Shown here: piece by piece, positions 36,764 through 48,570 of the stretch
Layout of the letters: every line of letters begins with the position of its first letter
Numbering within the stretch: position 1 is the first letter of the stretch
Notes under the pieces: generated by a model
Told to the model about the DNA's origin: nothing
Seen by the model: only the letters and a program-made list of their open reading frames with translations
The model's database searches: none
Made by a program: the position numbers and the translations under genes
NCBI RefSeq assembly: GCF_004010195.1
Contig: NC_057718.1
Location: forward strand, 20,604,223 to 20,668,222
Direction: 5' to 3'
Source: Chiloscyllium plagiosum
Lineage: Eukaryota
Length of the DNA stretch: 64,000 nt

Positions 36764-37015
36764 TGTTGGACTGAAAGGTTCAAGAGATGTTTATTATAGC
36801 TCCTAGTGCCTATATATATTAGAATCACAGGCACTACTGTGCCTGGGCTATTATGATGTTGTATGCGTCCGTCAGTGTATCATGCTGCAAGTGACCTCAA
36901 TAAGTTGGAGGCTGAGACCTTTATACCATCAGGTCACATGCTATGATATGATGATGAAATCATGAGTATGTCTCTTAAAGGTATGTTACGCAGACTACTT
37001 GTGAGGCATAACACA
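36764..37015 (-). mobile_element. Probable solo LTR
   Basis: TGTTG..CATAACA(CA) ends, GTAA on both flanks, minus-strand AATAAA, CTCTTAAAGGTA shared with the Gmr1 LTR end. Confidence 0.55.
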
Positions 37016-37018
37016 GTA

Positions 37019-37255
37019 AGATTGGGTTGGAATATCTGGTCAGCATGGACAGATTGTTTATTAGTAAACCTAATATGACCTTACACCTTGTTAATTCCAG
37101 GATATAGTGTTGAGAAAATTATCCTGACACATTCATAAAACTCACTATCACATGACTTGAGGTAGACTGCTTATTTCAAATTTATAATGTTGGTAAAATC
37201 CCCCGTTGAATGGGACCGAAGGGTCTGTGTCCATGCTGTACATCTCTATGTTCCA
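37019..37255 (+). mobile_element. CR1/HER1 3' tail split by a 152-bp insertion
   Basis: AGATTGGGTTGGAATATCTGGTCAGCATGGAC and GGACCGAAGGGTCTGTGTCC are nearly contiguous in the 2711-2904 copy. Confidence 0.8.
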
Positions 37256-38310
37256 TTCTCTTTTTCAGAAAAACATCTTGTGCTCTTTAGCTTAGCTTGA
37301 GCCATCGGTTTGAGCACAGTTCAATGTCTTGGTCAATAAAGCAGCATTTCTCCAGTGCTAGATTTCTAACAGTGTGGAAACAGGCCCTTTGGCCCAACAA
37401 ATCCACACCAACCCACCGAAGCACGCCCATCCAGACCCATTCCCCTACACCTAACACTACAGGCAATTTAGCATGGCCAATTCACCTAACCTGCACATTT
37501 TTGGACTGTGGGAGGAAACCAGAGCACACCCACGCAGACACAGGGAGAATGTGCAAACTCCACACAGTCAATTGCCTGAGGTGGGAATTGAACACAGGTT
37601 TCTGGTGCTGTGAGGCAGCAGTGCTAACCACTGTGCCACGCTCTATAGAATTGTCAGCTGAATTAAGTGCTCACATCCTGAAGTGGGAATGGAAGCCAGA
37701 ATCACCTCACTCTGAAGTGCAAATATTAAAGTGTGTGCTAAGACTCTCAAATTCTTTTCAAATGGCAAACATAGCCAAGTAATTTGGGTTGTTCTAATCT
37801 TTTCAGCAATATTAAATGACCCTGATGCATTATATTTGATCAGCAACATTTCCATGGGGTTCAAATAGGACAAGAACTATAGAGTCCAATAGAGTACCTG
37901 ATTGCTTTGATTTTTAATTGGTCATAATTGCTGCTTTGAACTTCAAACCCATTTTTTACTGCCATCTGTCCAGTAGAGAATTTATAGATACAACCAAGTT
38001 TGCTTTTGATAAAACACTAATTAATTGTGCTGTATTTTGTGTACTGTTGTCCTATTGTACTAGAGTTACACATGAACCTACGTGCATCTGGACTCGTTAT
38101 CTTTAAAAGTTCACGTCTTATTCTATATTTGAAAATTTGTGTTTAGCATAATTTCTATGGGGGATTTTACCAACATTATAAATTTGAAATAAGCAGTCTA
38201 CCTCAAGTCATATGGTAGTGAGTTTCATGAATGTGTCAAGATAATTTTCTCAACACTATATTCTGGAATTAACAAGGTGTAAGGCCATATTAGGTTTACT
38301 AATAAACAAT
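37053..38310. repeat. 152-bp inverted repeat pair (37053-37204 and 38159-38310)
   Basis: Manual alignment: 6 substitutions, all transitions, no indels. Confidence 0.95.
37362..37641 (-). mobile_element. HE1 SINE
   Basis: A/B boxes, V domain and HER1-like tail. Confidence 0.9.
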
Positions 38311-38859
38311 ATGAAGAAATAATTAAAGTGAGTGAAAGCAGCTACAAAGGACTGTATTTTCCAGACTTCCTGAAGGTGGAATTGGAAGTAGTGGCTCTCA
38401 GACACGAGGAAAACCATATCAGACCAGCTCCATACATATTCCTGCACTGGGAACGTTTTCAGGAGTAGAATGGGACAAGGCCTGGGAGATGAGCAGTCAA
38501 TTAGGCAATTAAATTAAGGGCCATTTTACAAAAGTGCTTGTATTGTCCTTTTGCCAGAGTAGTCCTCTGCCAAATGAGGATAATACCACCTCATTGAAGG
38601 TGGTATCCCATTAGCAGACCAGATGACCAACATAAGCAGAGGCTCCATGTCTCAGTGACAGAACTGCAGGGATTTAATGTTGCAGATGTGTTTGTCACTA
38701 TCCCCATAGAAGGAATTTCACTAATAACCAACTGGCTTTGCCTTCTTTATTTTATGATTTCTCTGAAGTAAGATAATCACAGTAACGCCTTCACAGCAGT
38801 GTCATGTAAATGCGTCACTCCGAGTCTTGATTATCAATGTTAAATTACTAGGAAAGATT

Positions 38860-39272
38860 ATATAAGCAGATCTGTATTCCCTAGAATTAAGAAGGTTAAG
38901 GGGTGATTTGATCAAAGTTTTCATGATGTAAAGGGGAACCTATAGAGTAAATAGATAAAAGCTCATTCTGCTGGTTGCAGAGTTTACCTCAGTTGGTGGA
39001 GTCTAAAAAGTTAGAGACAGGCCATTCAGGAGTGAAGCTAAAAAACACTTTGATGCATCAAGGGTAATAAAAGTTTGGAACTCTTTTCTGCCAATGGCAT
39101 TTCATGTTAAATCAATTATTAATTTCACCTCTGAAATTGCTAGGCATTTGTTAGCCAAAGGTATTAAAGGATATGGATTAAAGTGGTTATAGTTAGTTTG
39201 CAGATAATTCATGATCCCACTGAATTGTGGAACAGGTTTGCGGAGCTAAGTATTCCTATTCTTGTGTTCCTA
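38860..39272 (+). mobile_element. Old CR1 LINE 3' fragment
   Basis: LELRRLRGDLIKVF motif (CTAGAATTAAGAAGGTTAAGGGGTGATTTGATC). Confidence 0.75.
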
Positions 39273-39689
39273 TCTGAATTGTTTCTCTTTAGTTAAGATG
39301 GACCACTCTAGCAGCAGGACAATACCAGCATCATTGTGAAATGGCCCCTAACTTTATCACCTGAGAGAATAGGCAGTATGACATGTCATTAATTAATTGT
39401 CATCTTTAACAAAACATCATTCCATCAATACTGCACAGAAGCATTAGCCTAGATGATGCGCTCAAATATCTGAAACTAAGTCTATCCGTCTAAAATATTT
39501 TCCTTGCTTTATATTAAAAGAGATCACATTTGCCTCACAATAATATGCACAAAATATTGTAAAACTTAAAACTTAAAAACAGCTTTGATGGAAGTTTGGA
39601 CTTATCAAGTTGGAAGTGGCTACTAGTAGAGAATTAAACATGTATTCACTTTGTGTTAAATCGCTTGAGTTTGTTTTGTCATTAAGTTA

Positions 39690-40055
39690 GAACTTTTCTG
39701 ATCTGCATCTTAACTCCACCAATCCATCATGGTTCCATAGCACTAATTATCCTTGCCTAATGAATATTGATTAACCTCCATTTTGAAAGTTCTCAATGTA
39801 ATTCACCTCAACAGCCTTTTTGGGAAAACAGTTCCAAATTTCCACTAGTGTTGTGTAACCAGTGCTTCTTGGCACCACCACTGGAGAGCCTTGCTATAGT
39901 TCTAAGATTAGGTCATTTGTTATAGACTCCTCCACTCTGTACACAAAGGAAATCATTTCTCTATCCACTCTGACAAGAGCTTCAATCACCTTAGCCATTT
40001 GAATTAGATCATCATTGGTATTTAAAGGAATACTAGCCTGGTCTGTGCAACTAAG
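39690..40055 (-). mobile_element. Old CR1 LINE fragment
   Basis: GTTCCAAATTTCCAC..AAAGGAAATCATTTCTCTATCCACTCTG pattern shared with other minus-strand copies. Confidence 0.55.
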
Positions 40056-41247
40056 CTGGTATGACCATCTTATATGATACTATGTAATAAAGCTGGTGTA
40101 GTTGGAGAACCATAATCAAGTTGCTCACTACACTGCTGCAAAGCCACTAGCCTGTGCTCACAAAGCCTCCCCTGGCAGTGTTCAGAACTTCCTCACACAT
40201 TTTTGTGTATGGGTTCCAGTTTCAGATGATTCTGTGGCTGAATTGGTCCCTGAATCAGAGTGCCATTTTGAGAGATCCTTCTAGCCTGGGATTTTCCTGG
40301 ATCTTTGTGAGTTCACTTTAAGAACAAATATTGCTGAAATACTGGACTTGTTTTTTGGTCATTCATTTACTGTGACATGTAATATTTCCAGTAATAAGCA
40401 GATAGATTGTAGTATTCCAAATGCAGCAGAGAAAAATTAGCAATGTATATTTTCTCTCTATTTATTTACAGGTACAAAACAGTAATTGATGTTTATTTAC
40501 TTTAATTTTCAATATTTATCTAATACTTAAATACTTAAACTTAATAATGTTATGATCTTGAAGGAAAGTTTTCATTTGGTGTCTTGCATTGAATTTCTCC
40601 TTCTTACCACTTCTAATGTGTACTTTTATAGCTTTCAGCGTGAATGTTCATCATCTCCGTAGGGCACATTGCCAGTCATAGGGTCATTATGGCACAGGAG
40701 AAAGTCATTTGACCCAACCTATCCATGCCGAATTCCATGTTCTAAAATACTAAATTGTACATGGTGCTCTTTATCCTATGGATCCTGCTTTTCTTATATT
40801 GATGTGAAGACATATCTTGCACTTACGAGTTGGAACATGTAAATTACTTCTTCCATATAAATACAACACTGCATTAATTATAACATAATACCATTATATA
40901 ATCCGTTTTGGATGTATGTCCTCAGATATTAAGAGTGTCTTAAAACCATGCTAGTTCAGCCATTTCAGTAGGAAAACACCTGATCTTAGTATTAAATGAC
41001 AACGTGGGACGATGTCATCTTTACTCTTTAGAATAGGCAGCATAAATGTAGCTAATTGGACTTGCCTTTGACAGTTGTTAGCTTATTAGGAGATTAAGTT
41101 CCTGCTTTTGCTAAATTTAACAAAAATTTAATGACAAATGTAAAGTAAAGACATTTTATACTCATCTGCTTTATTGTTAAAATTAACACCCACTAGATGT
41201 TTCTAGTCCGTCAGCATAAAGTATCTATAACAGTAATAAATCTATGA

Positions 41248-41293
41248 GGTAAAAACAATGACTGCAGATGCTGGAAACCAGATTCTGGATCAG
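41248..41293 (-). mobile_element. Isolated pLTR terminal tail
   Basis: Exact reverse complement of 167-208. Confidence 0.8.
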
Positions 41294-41974
41294 AATTAAC
41301 AAACCAGTATTAATATCACCCAAAGAATCCAATGACCACATTCACATGTTTAGAAGACAGCAAGCAAAAAAAAAATCTTGAATGGCACATACTTTCTTGT
41401 ATCAACCTCTCTCCTTATCCCTAATTTCAGTTCTTCATGTTGCCTTGACTCTCAACTGCTTTCCCATCTCTCAGAATGATGGCAACTATATATACAGATG
41501 ATTTTCAGTGTAGCATCTAAATGCTCTATAGAGTCATGTTCTACAATCTATACACTCGAAGTGATGGTACATTTTCCTTTATAATCATTGGAATTGCACA
41601 TAACTGGAGAACAAGGTCCGTATTTGCCTTCTATCATCCCAGCAGTCACACACAGCCATGATAATGATCTTGCCGACTAATCATAGCTACTAATCTCTAT
41701 AAATTATCCTGCACCAGGTACAGAAATTATGTGAGGAACACTAGAATAATTCAGAGCATTTTGGGATCACAGACTAGAAGCTTTTTATTCTTAAGCATGC
41801 AACACTCTCCACATGCCATGCCTCAATTCCTCACATAATGCATCTTGCTTTAATATTTTGACATACACCTAAGAAAAGATGTAAATATCAAAGAGAGAGT
41901 GCAGCAAAGGCTCACCAGACTGACACTTACGATTGCACAGTTCCTGACATTTACCCTGAACATAGCAGACAACG

Positions 41975-42170
41975 GGAAATTAGTACCTCTCTTTTTGAGC
42001 AGAGATCTGGAAGTCCTTCAGAATGGGGTGGTGCTCTTCCCCGAGGATAAACAATGGAGGTCATGACACCAGTCCTGTCCAAGGTTCCACCCAGGTGAGT
42101 GCAGTCTCAGCCATCTGAAGGATTACACAGTAATTTAGGAAGAAGTTCAATGACCTTCTCCACTCTGCAA
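41975..42170 (+). pseudogene. Myb/SANT-like domain relic (Harbinger ORF2/NAIF1-like)
   Basis: RDLEVLQNGV, VLFP, TQVSAVSAI*RITQ*FRKKFNDL read across frameshifts. Confidence 0.5.
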
Positions 42171-42181
42171 ACCCAGAGATC

Positions 42182-42305
42182 CAGCAAGCCAGGCAGCATC
42201 AGGAGGTGCAGAAGTTGACATTTTGGGTGTAATTCCTTAAGGGTTACACCTGAAACGTCAACTTCTGCACTTCCTGATGCTGCCTGGCTTGCTGTGTTCT
42301 TCCAG
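42182..42305 (+). mobile_element. Fold-back pLTR micro-element
   Basis: ~56-bp inverted arms meeting at CCTT|AAGG (42238/42239); flanking CCAGAGAT(C/T)CAGC direct repeat. Confidence 0.85.
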
Positions 42306-42518
42306 AGATTCAGCCTGGTCCAGTCTATGAGCTAGGTGCATGTTTCTGAAAGCACATGCACAGTTTATTGCATCAGCATTGTAATGATTGTGCAGCATTA
42401 AAGTGCAGATGCATACTATAAGTGGATTAGAAATGTGCCATGAGGTATTTGAGAGGCTGGCATATGTCGGATGCTAATGTCCATGGTTGTGGGATATGTA
42501 TGGTTGGTACCCATGGAG

Positions 42519-42601
42519 TGTGAAAAATGTGTTGCTGGAAAAGCGCAGCAGGTCAGACAGCATCCAAGGAGCAGGAGAATCAATGTTTTGGGCATAAGCC
42601 C
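42519..42601 (-). mobile_element. Single pLTR arm ending at hammerhead stem II
   Basis: Matches the left arm of 22545-22625 and stops at GGGCATAAGCCC; CCCATGGAG on both sides. Confidence 0.8.
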
Positions 42602-43117
42602 ATGGAGCTCTTAACCATGGAGTGTGGTCTGAGATACCGATGCTTGACATCCAACATGGAGGCCCTCTGGAGCAATCAGAGTGCTGATGTTGCTAGATTC
42701 CTGCCTTGCTTTACATAACATCTACATTGTGTAGATGTTATATTATCATCTGTTACAAGCTGTGCCTTTAACTGTACAACTCAGCTCCTGATTCTTGAGG
42801 GAGGAGCAGCTTTTTGAAGTGTTGCTGAGGATATGTGGCTATCACAAGGTAGAACTTGACAATCTCTTACAATGCTTGTTATTTCTGTTATCTCTGGTGC
42901 AGTCCTCCTGATCTAGCTACACCTCAAAACAAAAGAGAATTCAATGTTTACTTGTTTGCTAAGACTTAAAAATAAAAGTTTAATACGTTTTTAAAAACAA
43001 CTTAAAAATTCTTATAGGCACTACATTTTAATTTGTTTTAAAATTTGAAGTAAACATAAGAAAACTTTAAAAACATATAAAAATGTAAAATAATTACAAA
43101 ACCCTGAAATATTAGGG

Positions 43118-43295
43118 TAAAACAAAGGACTGAAGATAGTGGAGATTGGAAACAAAATTAGGAATTTGCTGAAGAAGCTCAGCAGGTTTGGCAGCATCAA
43201 TGCAGAGAAAACAGAGTCCAGTGACACTTCTTCAGAACACTCCTGTTGCTGTCAAAATTGCTGAGTTTCTCCAGTCATTTATCATTTTGTTTGTC
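43118..43295 (-). mobile_element. Degenerate pLTR fold-back
   Basis: GCTCAGCAGGTTTGGCAGCATC arm, TCTTCAGAAC core remnant, opposite arm TTGCTGAGTTTCTCCAG. Confidence 0.65.
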
Positions 43296-44189
43296 TTGAA
43301 ACATTAATGATATTTATATAGTAATAACTGCTAATAGGAAGTATACATTTCTGGCACTCATGGCTTTTAGGTTTGGGTGATTCTGTTTGTGTCACAGCCA
43401 GTGTGTGCAGACATTTTTTCAAGCCAGTAATTGGAGGGGAAATAGAATTATGCCTGAGACTTCATCCAGTGAACTGCTTCTGACAAACTGTGGGCTGAGG
43501 ATTTAGTGGCAGAACATCTCCATCTCCAGTGAGAATGGAAGAAAATCTTTCCAGAATATTACTACAACAGAAATCCTGGCTTTCCCTCCCTATTTTTCTC
43601 CTTTTTGTACAATTGAGAACAAGTTGCTAAATGAAGGAAAATCCAGGTCGTGGATTTTAGTTCAGCATTTCCTACTGCTATTTATAAACTGACTCTGTGT
43701 CACTTTGTCCCAGTCACAATATCCCTTAAAGGTTGAGCCACACCTTTTTAAGTGGTCTTCAACACAGTTTGATATAGGTGACAGAAACATTAACTGTTAA
43801 TGATCTGGCTGCAAAAAACAGGTAGAGCTGTCCGATTGGGAAAAAGAAATCTAATTGTAAATATTAAATCAGGAATCTAGTTCGATTGACTATTGTTTCT
43901 TTTTAGTGGATAGTTTCGTCTACTTAAAGTGCTTTAATTGCACTTCAAAACAATTTAGTCTGTAAAATCTCAAGAGGACATATTTTGGGCCCAGATTCGG
44001 TGATTATATTGACAGTGAAATTGTCACTTTTTTGCCAGAGATTGGGATGACTTTGCGGTTGGCAATGCAGAATCACTAATAGCCACATTCTGAAAGAAAT
44101 ATTCTCCCTAATGTAGAGCACGAGTCTTTTATTTTCTAGGTTGTTGATTGTAACCACATGTTGGCTGCTTCAGTTGAGCATCTATATGG

Positions 44190-44612
44190 CCTTGATTCAG
44201 TTGGTTGTATGATCACCTCTGCGCTATGAAGTTCTACCTTCAGGTTCCACCCCAGGGCTTGAACACAAAATTTGAAGGCTGACAATCCAGTGCAGTATTA
44301 AAGGAATATAGTGTTGTGGAAGGTGCTGTCTTTTGGATGAGACATTAAATATACACCTTATCTGCCTGCTTAGTCAGATGCAAATGATTCCATGGACTAC
44401 ATGGAAAAAGAGCAGAGGAGGTAGCTCCAGTGTCCTGGATAATATTTATCCTTCAACCAACATCACAAAAAACAGGATCAAAATCATTATCAGTTGTTTT
44501 GAGAACATATTGGCTACTGTGTTTCCTACAACGGAACAGGGACTGCATCTCCAAAAACTATTCAATTGGTATAAGTTGCTCTGAGATGGCCAGTCATGAA
44601 GAATGCTATTAA
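44190..44612 (+). mobile_element. Deu-domain SINE (SacSINE1-like)
   Basis: GGTGCTGTCTTTTGGATGAGACATTAAA..GATTCCATGG..GTGTCCTGGATAATATTTATCCTTCAACCAACATCAC resembles the recalled Deu-domain consensus. Confidence 0.8.
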
Positions 44613-44640
44613 CTTCAAAATGCTTCACAGGAGCAATATA

Positions 44641-44858
44641 CAATCGGTTCTGATATAACACGATAGTTACATTCCTGTGCAATCTTGTGTTATAAGAAAA
44701 CCTCACAATAGCAAGGCCATTTAAACTAATGGGGATGGAATCATGTTATTTCCAATATAGTAAGGAAAGTTCACATTCTACAAATAATGGTCTAAATTCG
44801 TCAATCGCATTAAAGCCAATTCGCATTGAAGAAACACATGTTATAGCAAAACCTACTG
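44641..44858. mobile_element. Tc1/mariner (Tigger/pogo-like) MITE
   Basis: TA on both flanks; TIRs CAATCGGTTCTGATATAACACG / CATGTTATAGCAAAACCTACTG. Confidence 0.8.
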
Positions 44859-47082
44859 TACAATAAATGCCTAATTTCTAGGTTTTATGTGAATTCTAAA
44901 CAGAAATCCATCTCCCTCAATAATCCTTGAGAAACTGATGATACTATTGATCCTTCAGGCAGAAATGATTTAACAACACAGTTGTTTTCAATATTCATTT
45001 AGAACTTAAGAATTGTTTTCATTTAGAGTTTTGTCCTACTGCTATTAATGTGTCAGTTAATCTATGAAAGGAGTTGGGTTACAATCGAATGAAATAAATT
45101 ATATAAATATAACAATACATTAAAAGAAGTAACAAGTAAATTAAGGAAACCAAAGTAACCCAAATATACTATCGGAGAACTCTGAAAGGAAGATTAAAGG
45201 TTAAATTGAATGTTAGTAAATGCCAATCTTTAAATTCACAAATATTCAAGTACTCCTGAATTGATAGAAGCTAATTATCAGTTTGACTAAATTCAAAGTG
45301 ACTAATCTGTTTTTAGACATGAAAGAACATTGTGTCTTGGCCCTGTCAAAATCTATCAGAAGCATTAAAATACTATGTTTAAAATCATTTTAATGAATGT
45401 ATTGGAAAATAAATATGATTACATTTTTAAATTTTATAACATTCGAAACTCATTTACCACTTCATGATGGATCTAAAATAGGCATATAAGCCAAATATTT
45501 TTGGGGCTGGTGTTTAGTCGTTGAATAATCTTGAATGTAGCAGGGTGGGGTGGATTTAACATTGTTTGGGTTTAGGTGGGTGTTGTCAAATCTACATCCA
45601 CCCATTCACAACCAGCATTAAAAGAGACGAGAAGGTTAGCAAGCCATTCAAAATGAGATTTTAAGCCTCCTGGATCCTCCTGGATCTTTCATACCTGCCT
45701 GGGCAAATCCTACAGTTGCGGGGACAGAGTCCCACACCAAAGGCCTTCCCATAAGGTGTCTGACTTCCTCTCATCCAAGAAATCTGAACTCCCAACCTAG
45801 GCCTTCAATTCTCCCCACCTCTTCAAGTACTTTGATCTATATTCCTGCAGCGCCTTCCCCTGCAATCAAGCTAACTTTCAGACAAGGAATTAGCTCAAAC
45901 AGGAGAACATTTATCTCTGAATTTCCCGTACATTTCCCAATGATATTGCTTCTGATTGTCAGGTTCAAGTCATGAAATATGAGCTAAAATAAGCTTTTCA
46001 GTTTAGCCACACTTCGATCTTACAATTCTCATTGTTGCATTCAAACTCTTCCACAGCAAATTCTTTCCCTATCTCTTCTGCCCTCCTGCCCTCCAATAAC
46101 TGTGAATTGCTCATAGTCTGGCCTGATTCACTGCCATATCTTCATCCCACTTTAAGCAGTTGTTCCTCAGCCATCTTGGCTGTATGCTCTGGCATTCACA
46201 TGTTTAAATCTTCACTTTTCTATACTTATTACGATCTTTAAGCTTTGCTAGCAAGTGATACTGTAAAAACCTTTAGTCATTTATCTTAATGTATATTTCA
46301 TTGCCATGGTGGCCATTTCTGTCTGATTATGCTCCTCTGAAATGCTTTGAAGCATCTTCCTTTGTTAAAGACACTGAATTATCCCATTTTTGGATTTTAT
46401 AGCTTCTTGCCTTTGCTATGGAGATTCTTCTCACAAAATCCTCTGCTACTTACCTATTAATTTTATATCCAGGCTCTATAATGACTGTCTCTTTAAACCA
46501 TGCAGCCACAGAAGTCACCGCTATTGGTACCTTGCTTCCTTCAAGTCACTGATGATGCCTCTTTTAAATCTCAGTGGCATGACAGTTCAAACGTTGCAAG
46601 CTGGAACCTGCCTTCTTATTGTGCTGCTTCAATACACAGCCCAACCCTGACTGATATCTCCACAGCTCCCAGACTAATTTACCTATAATCCCTGGGCTAG
46701 TTGGACTTGACCTGCAGGCTGACAAGGGCCCAATCCCTGGCTGGGAAGGACATGGATCCCTGGAACTTGATCTTAACCTGACTGATCGTGGCCAAAACCC
46801 CTGGATTGGGATCAGACAATGCCCTTTAATGACTGTAGTGGCACCACCCAACTGACGATAGTCCCTCTTTACTCAACTAAGGACCACTCCCTGTAGCCTT
46901 TCAGACTCAGCTATTGGTTGAGGCATCTACAATGCTGCTTAAGCAGCTGCCATGGGATGTAACACTGACGTAGCATTGTCCCATACAGCAATGTGTGTGC
47001 CACCTTGCCTGTACAGTGCCAATAGCCCTGGCAAGCCAGTATCTTTCTCTCTGTACTAAGATAAGAACAAGGGAGCTAATGT

Positions 47083-47292
47083 GAGGGAATTCATTGCACA
47101 GAAAGCTGTAGAGGCTAGGTCTTTGAGTATATTTAAGACTGAGATAGACGGGTTCTTGAGTATCAAGGGGACCAAGGGTTATGGGGAGAAAGTGGCAGAA
47201 TGAGGTTGAGAAACTTATCAGTAATGATTGAAAGGGCGAGCAGACTTGATGGGCTGAATGGCCTAATTTCTGCTCCTATGTCTTATGGTCTC
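47083..47292 (+). mobile_element. CR1 LINE 3' end
   Basis: Tail GATGGGCTGAATGGCCTAATTTCTGCTCCTATGTCTTATGGTC. Confidence 0.85.
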
Positions 47293-48044
47293 ATTGTTGT
47301 AAGTAGCAACACACTAAAAGGCAAGGCAAGACAGCAGTGCTCTAAGCACTAAAGAGACAAACCAAGAAGCATGAGATGTATTTTGTGCAGATGCATATTT
47401 GAGGATGTGCGCCTGTGATAGAGTAACTTGAGAGGATTAGGAGCTATGCAATGTCATTTATTGGCAAGCTCCAAAGTGAGGTCATAAAATACCAAAATAT
47501 TTTCTGAGTTAGCCTGAGATCAGCCAAGATGATGCAGTGAGACTGGTTTTTGCTGATGCCTACCTTCGTGAATGAATGGTGGATCAAGTCGCTGCCCAAG
47601 GAAATGTTATGAATGGACCTGAAGATGGGACGGCCGGAGAAATAAGTAGTGAGCTGCATCTGCTGGGTAACTGCTCCAACTTACATGTTGGGCATTGGCA
47701 CTGTCAAGTGTCTCACTAATGCAAGGGAGAATCACAAACTAAATTTAAATGAGATTAGATTAACCAATGATGAGTTACAAATATATGGAAGTAAGTTGCT
47801 TAATGCTTGCGAGATTCTGATCTAGCTACTCAAGTCTTCAGGGAAAGTTCAACATTTTTTCTCGTTATCAAGAATCATACTTTTTCATTGTCACCATATT
47901 CTCCCAAATGCTACTCAAAGGCTGGGACAACTCCTCCCTAACCAACTGAAAATTAGGGACCTAGTGCTTGCTGAAGAACTGGAATTGCTCAGTGATTAGC
48001 CAGGCAGGCTTAGTGCCAAATTTGCTATATTTCCTAACTCGTTT

Positions 48045-48570
48045 ATAAATGCTAAAACTTTGCAAGGCACTAGATAGATCAGACTTGGAATACTGTGAAC
48101 AGGTTTTGTCTGCTTATCTGCAGAAATATCTAACTTGCATTGGAAGCAGTGCAGAGAAAGTTCATAGTTTGATCCTGGGTATGGAGGGATTTTCATATGA
48201 TGAGAGGTTGAGTAGGTTGGGCCTGTGCTCTTTGGAGTTTAAAAAAGTGAGATGCAAACTTATTGAAACTTTTAAGAGACTTAGGAGACTTGACAGTGTA
48301 GATGCTGAGAGGTGACTCTCCCTTGTGTCAGAAGGCATAATCAGTGTAATTTAAGACATTTAAGATATTTATTTGGGAGTAATTTCTTCTCTTAGTGAAT
48401 CTGTGAAATTCTTTAAAGGGTTGTTGAGGATGGGCCATTAAGTATGTTCAGTGTTGAGGTGGACAGACTTTTAATCAATGTGGGAAATCAAGGGTTAAGG
48501 AGAAAGATTGCACTGAATAGTGAACCAGACATAATGGGCTGAATAGCCTATTTCGGCTCCTACGGTCTAA
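48045..48570 (+). mobile_element. CR1 LINE 3' fragment
   Basis: ORF 48049..48315 LCKALDRSDLEYCEQ..SYDERLSRLGLCSLE. Confidence 0.85.

Noticed and set aside
37297..37782. 161-aa ORF and similar DCGRKPEH or VSSHSPK ORFs
   Set aside because: Read-through of HE1 SINE copies; the same peptides recur at each copy.
37053..38310. DNA transposon with 152-bp TIRs
   Set aside because: The left copy lies inside a split CR1 tail; no TSD or transposase.
46850..47040. Possible HARBI1-like transposase remnant (YNAA motif)
   Set aside because: Only a few residues match across frameshifts; not supportable without an HMM search.
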